Assembly: GCA_004322365.1 (NCBI GenBank)
Contig: SCTS01000003.1
Span: forward strand, 2,709 to 66,708
DNA length: 64,000 nt
Direction of reading: 5' to 3'
Origin: Patescibacteria group bacterium
Lineage (GTDB): Bacteria; Patescibacteriota; Minisyncoccia; Phycocordibacterales; Phycocordibacteraceae
Under the pieces are notes generated by a model. That model saw only the letters and a list, made by a program, of their open reading frames with translations, did no database searches and was not told the origin of the DNA. Both the position numbers and the translations under genes were made by a program. This document shows positions 57,665 through 64,000 of this stretch, piece by piece. Within the stretch, counting starts at the first letter, position 1. Every line of letters begins with the position of its first letter.

Positions 57665-60076
57665 ATGGGTAGCTATGACCACAAAAAGATAGAGAAGAAG
57701 TGGCGCAAACACTGGGAAGAAACGAATGCGTATGTAACTACTCCATCGTCGTCAAAGCCAAAACACTATGCTTTGGACATGTTTCCGTACCCATCGGCGT
57801 TAGGTCTCCACACTGGTCACGTAGAAGGGTATGCAGCGACCGATATTTATAGTCGTTTTAAACGAATGAAAGGGTTTAATGTGCTCCACCCTATGGGATG
57901 GGATGCGTTTGGTCTCCCTGCAGAAAACTATGCAATAAAAACAAATACGCCACCTCGGGAAACTACAAACAAGGCAATTGATAACTTTCGCAATCAAATC
58001 CAACGCTTAGGTCTTTCGTATGACTGGTCACGAGAAATAGGCACTCACAATCCTGATTATTATAAGTGGACACAGTGGTTATTTTTGTTTTTGTTTGAAA
58101 ATGGCCTTGCAGAAAAACGCATGGGTAAGGTGAATTGGTGTCCCACCGACCAAACAGTACTCGCTAATGAACAAACGGTAAGCGAGAGCGGAGAAAAGGG
58201 TGTGTGTGTTCGTTGCGGTACAAAAATAATTCAACGCGAGCTTTCGCAGTGGTTTTTCAAAATTACTGATTTTGCTGATGCATTAATTGATGATTTGAAC
58301 GACGTTGATTGGCCTGAATCTACAAAAATTAATCAACGCAATTGGATTGGTAAAAAAGAAGGGGTCATTGTTACTCATAAGGTTAAAGGAATGGATTTGT
58401 CGCTCGACACTTTCAGTGCATATCCGGCATGGCTCTTTGCGGATACCTATATAGTGCTTGCTCCTGAACACCCAGCAGTCAAAAATCTCGTAGAGGGCAC
58501 TGAAGCCGAGATAGATGTAGAGGCTTTTGTTAAGCGCATGCAAGAAGTCACAACGATTGATCGGACAAACGCCACAATGGAGAAAGAGGGTATTTTTACA
58601 GGCCGCGTTGCCGTTGACTCTCTCACCGGTAAAGAATTTCCTATTTGGATTGCTAATTTTGCTTTAATGGATTTTGGAACAGGAATTATTCGCTGTTCTT
58701 CACATGATATTCGCGACCTTACATTTGCTAAAAAATATGGAATTCCTTTGAGTGAGGTAGTAGAGAGAGAAAGTCCCGATATGCCAGTTGATGCTCATGC
58801 TAATAAAGGTGTTTTAAAAGACTCGGGTCCGTTCACTGGTCGCACTATTAATAATGAATTAATTCAAGAAATAATTGCGTGGATAGAAAGTAATGGATAT
58901 GGGCATACTCAGACTACATACCGTCTTCGTGATTGGCTTATTTCTCGCCAACGATACTGGGGTGCACCTATTCCGGTAGTCTATGATCCAGAAGGGAAAG
59001 CGCATGGAATTCCAAAAGAACACTTGCCGTGGTTGCTACCTGAGGATGTTGAGTATTTACCAAAAGGTACTTCTCCTCTAGGGACTTCCAAGGAGCTTTT
59101 GGAACGTACAGAAAAAATATTTGGAAAAGGATGGAAGCCCGAGATTGACACTATGGACACTTTCGTGTGTTCTTCGTGGTATTTTCTTCGATTTGCCGAT
59201 CCACATAATGAGATTGAGTTTGCGTCGAAAGAAGCACTAAAAACATGGCTTCCCGTCGACCTCTACATGGGAGGTGCTGAACACACAGTTTTGCATCTTA
59301 TGTATGCTCGTTTCATCACCAAGGCATTACAGAAGTTTGGATACATAGAGTTTGGTGAGCCGTTCTCCAAACTCCGTCACCAAGGGATGATTCTTGCTGA
59401 AGATGGAACCAAGATGTCTAAGTCGAAAGGTAATGTCATAAATCCTGACGAAATTAGTGAGCTCTATGGCGCGGACACGCTACGAATTTATGAAATGTTC
59501 ATGGGTCCTCTTGAAGCTATGAAACCATGGAGCACAAAAAATATTATTGGCTCACGGAGATTTTTGGAGCGTGTCTGGAGGGTACAGGAAAAGGTGAGTC
59601 AAGGTGCAACTTTGAGTGCAAGCGCTGATGCCACCTTACAGCAAACAATTAAAAAAGTAGCTGAAGATATTGAGCTCCTTAGTTTAAATACTGCTGTGAG
59701 CCAGATGATGATTTGTGTTAATGCTTTTGAAAAAGAAGAAAAAATACCTACCGAAAGCTATGAGAGCATGCTCTTGGTACTTGCCCCGTTTGCACCTCAT
59801 ATGACAGAAGAATTGTGGGGAGCTTTGGGTCACACTTCTTCAATTCATCAAGAAAATTGGCCAGTGTTTGATGAAAGTAAGCTCGAAAAAAATGAAGTAG
59901 TAATGGCTGTTCAGGTTGGTGGAAAAGTAAAGGGCACTATTGTTATTCCTCGCGGAGCTACAGAAGAGGAGGTAGTTGGATTAGTACGAAAAGACATCAA
60001 GCTTGGCGAGGTAGTCCCTCAAAACCCATCCCGCACGATATTCGTCCCCAATAGGGTTCTTAACTTCATCCCGTAA
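57665..60076 (+). CDS. leuS: Leucine--tRNA ligase
   Basis: MFPYPS..GLHTGH, GWDAFGLPAENYA, DW.ISRQRYWG.PIP, KMSKSKGN. Confidence 0.97.
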   Translation: MGSYDHKKIEKKWRKHWEETNAYVTTPSSSKPKHYALDMFPYPSALGLHTGHVEGYAATDIYSRFKRMKGFNVLHPMGWDAFGLPAENYAIKTNTPPRETTNKAIDNFRNQIQRLGLSYDWSREIGTHNPDYYKWTQWLFLFLFENGLAEKRMGKVNWCPTDQTVLANEQTVSESGEKGVCVRCGTKIIQRELSQWFFKITDFADALIDDLNDVDWPESTKINQRNWIGKKEGVIVTHKVKGMDLSLDTFSAYPAWLFADTYIVLAPEHPAVKNLVEGTEAEIDVEAFVKRMQEVTTIDRTNATMEKEGIFTGRVAVDSLTGKEFPIWIANFALMDFGTGIIRCSSHDIRDLTFAKKYGIPLSEVVERESPDMPVDAHANKGVLKDSGPFTGRTINNELIQEIIAWIESNGYGHTQTTYRLRDWLISRQRYWGAPIPVVYDPEGKAHGIPKEHLPWLLPEDVEYLPKGTSPLGTSKELLERTEKIFGKGWKPEIDTMDTFVCSSWYFLRFADPHNEIEFASKEALKTWLPVDLYMGGAEHTVLHLMYARFITKALQKFGYIEFGEPFSKLRHQGMILAEDGTKMSKSKGNVINPDEISELYGADTLRIYEMFMGPLEAMKPWSTKNIIGSRRFLERVWRVQEKVSQGATLSASADATLQQTIKKVAEDIELLSLNTAVSQMMICVNAFEKEEKIPTESYESMLLVLAPFAPHMTEELWGALGHTSSIHQENWPVFDESKLEKNEVVMAVQVGGKVKGTIVIPRGATEEEVVGLVRKDIKLGEVVPQNPSRTIFVPNRVLNFIP

Positions 60077-60111
60077 CCCCACGTTGGGTCTTGAGGGTTC
60101 AACGTGGGGTT
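60075..60111. other. GC-rich hairpin immediately after leuS stop (terminator or REP-like)
   Basis: AACCCCACGTTG...CAACGTGGGGTT; no U-tract. Confidence 0.6.
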
Positions 60112-60200
60112 GGGGATAAGTATTTGGCGGTTTGACGGGATTTAAAATATGTGCTATAAGAAGTGGACACAGTAATCAATAAAAATTACGGCTCATATTT

Positions 60201-61229
60201 ATGATCAAACTTCCTTTCAAGCCTGTTCAAGTGAGCAAACGACTTGTTGCAGTACTACCTGAACGTTCACGCGATGTTGTGGTGAGCCGTTATGGCTTAG
60301 GTTCAAAAGCTCGCGGAGAAACCCTTGATGCTATTGGAAAGCGATATGGCATTACACGAGAACGCGTTCGCCAAATTGAAAACCACGCAACAAAACTCAT
60401 ACAAGATTCTTCAGCTCTCACAAAAGAAGCCTCTTCTTTTGTGTGGCTCGAGAATGCTATCCGTGAATTAGGTGGCGTACTGTCAGAGAGTATGTTGCTC
60501 GATGAGTTTGCAAAGGATACTGAAACACGAAACCATCTTTATTTCTTACTCGTTGTTGGACAGCCATTCATTTCTGCAAAAGAAACTCCTGACTTTAAAG
60601 CTCGCTGGTCTGTTGATCCAGAGCTTACCAAGGCAGTTGAATCTGCTTTGAAGCAAGTTCACGGAACCGTTAAACACTCTGATGTTTTATCTGAAGACAA
60701 ACTTGTTGAGCATGTTATGAGTTGTCTCACTAAGGTCAACACCAAGTATCGTTCTAAAGATACTGTTCGTAGATGGCTCGAGCTTTCAAACTGTATTATG
60801 CGAAATCCTTTAGGTGAATGGGGACGCGCATCGGCACCAGGAATTAGAGTAAAAAATATTCGCGACCATGCGTATCTTGCCTTAAAGCGTCATGGCTCGC
60901 CGATGCATTTTCGTGAAGTTGCAAAATCAATTGAAAAACTTTTTGGGAAAAAAGCCCATGAAGCAACAACACACAATGAGCTCATCAAAGATGGTCGCTT
61001 TGTTCTTGTTGGTCGAGGTATTTACGCTCTCAAAGAGTGGGGATATCGCATTGGCCCAGTTGTTGAAATCATTAAGCACATTTTAAAGGAATCAGGGCCG
61101 TTAACTCGTGAGGAAATCATGAAGCGTGTTTCGAAAGAGCGTTATGTGAAGCCCAACACCATTATTGTGAACTTGCAGAATTCATCATTCACTAAAAAAG
61201 ACGGTAAATATTCATTGAAGGGCGCCTAA
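60201..61229 (+). CDS. Sigma70 region-4-like HTH plus C-terminal winged-helix protein
   Basis: RYGL...ETLDAIGKRYGITRERVRQIE; HNELIKDGRFVLVGRGIYALKEWGY; no sigma region 2. Confidence 0.75.
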   Translation: MIKLPFKPVQVSKRLVAVLPERSRDVVVSRYGLGSKARGETLDAIGKRYGITRERVRQIENHATKLIQDSSALTKEASSFVWLENAIRELGGVLSESMLLDEFAKDTETRNHLYFLLVVGQPFISAKETPDFKARWSVDPELTKAVESALKQVHGTVKHSDVLSEDKLVEHVMSCLTKVNTKYRSKDTVRRWLELSNCIMRNPLGEWGRASAPGIRVKNIRDHAYLALKRHGSPMHFREVAKSIEKLFGKKAHEATTHNELIKDGRFVLVGRGIYALKEWGYRIGPVVEIIKHILKESGPLTREEIMKRVSKERYVKPNTIIVNLQNSSFTKKDGKYSLKGA

Positions 61230-61240
61230 GAAATTGAAAT

Positions 61241-61405
61241 ATGAACAAATCAGAAAATCCATACGGATTAATAGACGATCCTTTTGTTCTTTCTACAGAA
61301 ACAATCGAAGCTATGCGAGAACAGTCTAGGCGTGAGGCAGTGAGGCCTCCGTCAGTCGAAGAGCAAGCTGACCTTATACTAGGCTTTCTCTCTCCTAGAA
61401 AATAG
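61241..61405 (+). CDS. Small orphan ORF (54 aa)
   Basis: MNKSENPYGLIDDPFVLSTETIEAMREQ...SPRK; hairpin at 61430-61453 downstream. Confidence 0.45.
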   Translation: MNKSENPYGLIDDPFVLSTETIEAMREQSRREAVRPPSVEEQADLILGFLSPRK

Positions 61406-61469
61406 TAACTAAGTATAGAAAGCTAAACCAACAAGCCATCAAAATGGCTTGTTATGTTATATTTTGAGG

Positions 61470-62696
61470 ATGTCTCGTCGCCACACACTGCAATTTCTCG
61501 TTATTTTTGCACTCCTTGCAATTCCAGTACTCATTTATTTTGCTCCAGCTTTTGTAGCTTTCCTTTATAACACTCTTACTTTTTTAGCCCCTCTATGGCT
61601 CCCCGCCGCACTTCTAGCTACGCTCTGGCCTCTATGGCTCAATGTCATTCGCTCTAGATTTGTTGACTCAATTCCTTATGTCACGCTTGAATTAAAGCCG
61701 GGTGATGAGACGCCTTCTACTGCAAAAGCAATGGAGCTTGTTTTTTATTCTCTGTATCACCGGACAAACATTTCGCGAATAGATGCCTATTTTCATGGCA
61801 AAGTTCGTTCATCGTGGTCGTTTGAAGTATATGCACACAATGGTCGTGTACGATTTTTTGCCCATGTGCCAGAGAGTTATCGTGTATTACTTGAAGGACG
61901 AATCCAAGCGGAATATCGTGATATTGATATTCATGAAGTGCGTGATTATTCGAGAGAGCTTCATTTCGACCCTCTCCATATGCGACTTACTGCACGCGAA
62001 TACACTCTCGCAAAACCAGACCCGTATCCATTAAAAACTTATGTCTCATATGAAGGTGGGCAGGGGAAACGAGATGTCTTTGGTGAAATTGTAGAAGGGT
62101 TAGCACATACCAACACACATGAACATGTGTTTCTTTCAATAATAATGCGACCACACCAACGGGATCGTTACAATATTTTTGAAAATCCACGAGACACGCT
62201 TCATGAGGCAGCGCATATTGAAATTAAAAAATTAGTTGGTGCGCAAGGTGAAATGAGTAAGCTTGCACCAACAACTAAAGCTATAGTGAGCGCTATAGAG
62301 TCAGCGTTAAACAAACCTTCCTTCGATTGCGGTATACGGTCGCTTTATATTGCAGACAAAGATCATTTTGACGAGTCGTACGAACAAAAACTCACGCATT
62401 TACTCGACCTTTTAAACGACAATGATTTGAACGGCTTTGTTGCGTATGACCCCAATCATCGCCCTGGCTTCATATTGTCTGAGATTTTTGGTGCAGTCCC
62501 TATACTCGCTTCATCGCATCTTCTAAACTTATATCGTCGTCGAGCTTTTTTTGCTCCACCCTACTATGGGAAAGCATTTGTACTTAACACTGAAGAGTTA
62601 GCGACATTGTTTCACTTACCGCACGCGAGTCGTGGTAGTGCACTGGCTCGTATGCGTGGTCTTACGCTGGAACCGCCTGAGAATTTACCTATTTAG
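61470..62696 (+). CDS. Membrane protein resembling the non-ATPase part of CPR VirD4/TraG-like proteins
   Basis: AME.VF..L, WSFE, PYPLKTY, FVLNTEELATLFHLP, EPPENLP; family recalled, not searched. Confidence 0.55.
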   Translation: MSRRHTLQFLVIFALLAIPVLIYFAPAFVAFLYNTLTFLAPLWLPAALLATLWPLWLNVIRSRFVDSIPYVTLELKPGDETPSTAKAMELVFYSLYHRTNISRIDAYFHGKVRSSWSFEVYAHNGRVRFFAHVPESYRVLLEGRIQAEYRDIDIHEVRDYSRELHFDPLHMRLTAREYTLAKPDPYPLKTYVSYEGGQGKRDVFGEIVEGLAHTNTHEHVFLSIIMRPHQRDRYNIFENPRDTLHEAAHIEIKKLVGAQGEMSKLAPTTKAIVSAIESALNKPSFDCGIRSLYIADKDHFDESYEQKLTHLLDLLNDNDLNGFVAYDPNHRPGFILSEIFGAVPILASSHLLNLYRRRAFFAPPYYGKAFVLNTEELATLFHLPHASRGSALARMRGLTLEPPENLPI

Positions 62697-62743
62697 TAAG
62701 GGTTTAGTGTTTAGTGGCCAGCGTTTAGCTTTCAGGTTTTAAA

Positions 62744-63697
62744 ATGCAAAACAACACAAAGAAAATAATTTATATCATTGCATGGGTTTTGGTTGTTTCT
62801 GTATTTGCCGTATACAGTCTATTCATTGCATCTCCTTTGAATTTCCAGAAGGATTCCATTGTTACAATTTCCTCAGGGACGAGCGTAGAGGAGGCTGGAG
62901 AATTATTGAAAGCAAAGCATGTTATTCGATCTCCGTTCATGTTTTCAGTGCTTGTTCGAATTATCTACCCTTCAGGTATTATTGCTAACCACTATTCGTT
63001 TTCTAAACCTCAGTCAGTGTTGGTGATTGCGTACCGTCTTGCAAAAGGGAAAACAGATTTGGTACCCCTTAAGGTAACTATTCCAGAAGGCTCTAGTTCT
63101 TTTGAGATTTCAAACATCCTGGAGAACACACTCAAGGATTTCGACTCGGTAACTTTTAAGACACTCGCAAAATCACAGGAGGGATACTTGTTTCCTGACA
63201 CGTATTTTTTCTTACCAGGAACTACACCTGAAGCAGTGATTGATACAATGCGTAAAAACTTTGATGAAAAAATAAAGCCCCTTGAGAGTGATATTGCTAC
63301 ATTTGGAAAACCAATGAATGAGGTATTGGCGATGGCTTCAATTCTTGAGAGGGAAGCGCGCCAGAGTGAAACCAGAAGAATGGTTGCGGGAATATTGTGG
63401 AAGCGAATATCTATTGGCATGCCACTTCAAGTTGATGCGGTTTTTGGATACATCTTTCAAAAAAGTGGCTATGCCCCAACGCTCACTGATTTACAAACTG
63501 ATTCTCTTTACAACACATATTTGCATCGAGGACTTCCACCAACGCCTATCGGCAATCCTGGTTTGGAGGCAATACAAGACGCCATAACACCAACAAAAAA
63601 TAACTACCTCTACTATCTGACCGACAAAGAGGGAAAGATTTATTATGCAAAGACATTTGCGGAACATCGGCTCAACAAACTAAAAGCCAGAAACTAA
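62744..63697 (+). CDS. mltG: Endolytic transglycosylase MltG (second paralog)
   Basis: VTIPEG, EGYLFPDTY, ASILERE, LQVDA, YNTY.H.GLPPTPIGNPG. Confidence 0.93.
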   Translation: MQNNTKKIIYIIAWVLVVSVFAVYSLFIASPLNFQKDSIVTISSGTSVEEAGELLKAKHVIRSPFMFSVLVRIIYPSGIIANHYSFSKPQSVLVIAYRLAKGKTDLVPLKVTIPEGSSSFEISNILENTLKDFDSVTFKTLAKSQEGYLFPDTYFFLPGTTPEAVIDTMRKNFDEKIKPLESDIATFGKPMNEVLAMASILEREARQSETRRMVAGILWKRISIGMPLQVDAVFGYIFQKSGYAPTLTDLQTDSLYNTYLHRGLPPTPIGNPGLEAIQDAITPTKNNYLYYLTDKEGKIYYAKTFAEHRLNKLKARN

Positions 63698-64000
63698 CAA
63701 GAGATTTGACCAAAGGTTGACAAGTTGCTGGTGTCTCTGTACCTGTAGCAGTGGGGCACTTACTTATAGCAGGATTACTTACTCCACCTCTCGGAGCTAT
63801 TGCTGCCGGTACTTTTGCGACCTCAGCACTTGTTTTTTGGTTAGCGCGAGGATACAGAAAAGGTAGAGAGAGCGTTCTTGATCATTGGAACAAATGGCCG
63901 GTAAAACCCGGTCGATAGTAGTACTGTATATTATTTTAAATAAATATGGGAGATCCAAGGCCTTATGAAATGCATAGTGGACACATTCCTGTGTCTGGAT

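Noticed and set aside
63721-63918. Hydrophobic reading frame QVAGVSVP...KPGR after the second mltG; possible TGA recoding
   Set aside because: No convincing start, and TGA terminates several conserved genes here (nrdB, tgt, rarA, ychF); at most a gene remnant.

Overview
Chromosomal window of a small-genome bacterium, most likely Patescibacteria/CPR of Parcubacteria type. This rests on gene content (CxxC-x17-CxxC protein, sigma-r4/HTH protein, DUF5671-like protein, short atpH and atpC) and TGA read as stop (code 11). Housekeeping content: nrdAB, cysS, leuS, tgt, rarA, uvrBAC, ddl, pdxST, prs, ATP-citrate lyase, an F-type ATP synthase operon, an AbrB-MFP-RND operon, ychF, two mltG and five tRNAs. 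I found no integrase, transposase, phage or CRISPR locus. The unusual signal is mostly intergenic: (1) structured inserts behind tRNA genes, bracketed by a duplicated tRNA 3' end and containing an antisense tRNA segment; (2) a 115-bp terminal-inverted-repeat element that duplicated the start codon of an aldolase homolog lacking its catalytic lysine; (3) a Leu/Val leader-peptide attenuator with no biosynthetic operon behind it; (4) an ArsR-like gene bracketed by 30-bp inverted palindromes; (5) three covarying copies of a 38-bp palindrome; (6) a possible miniature 6S RNA; (7) six scattered Cys/His micro-proteins, plus heptamer tracts and apparent leaderless genes. Enzyme oddities include a LeuRS with a degenerate editing site and a TGT without its Zn ligands. 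All calls come from reading motifs by eye; no database searches were run.
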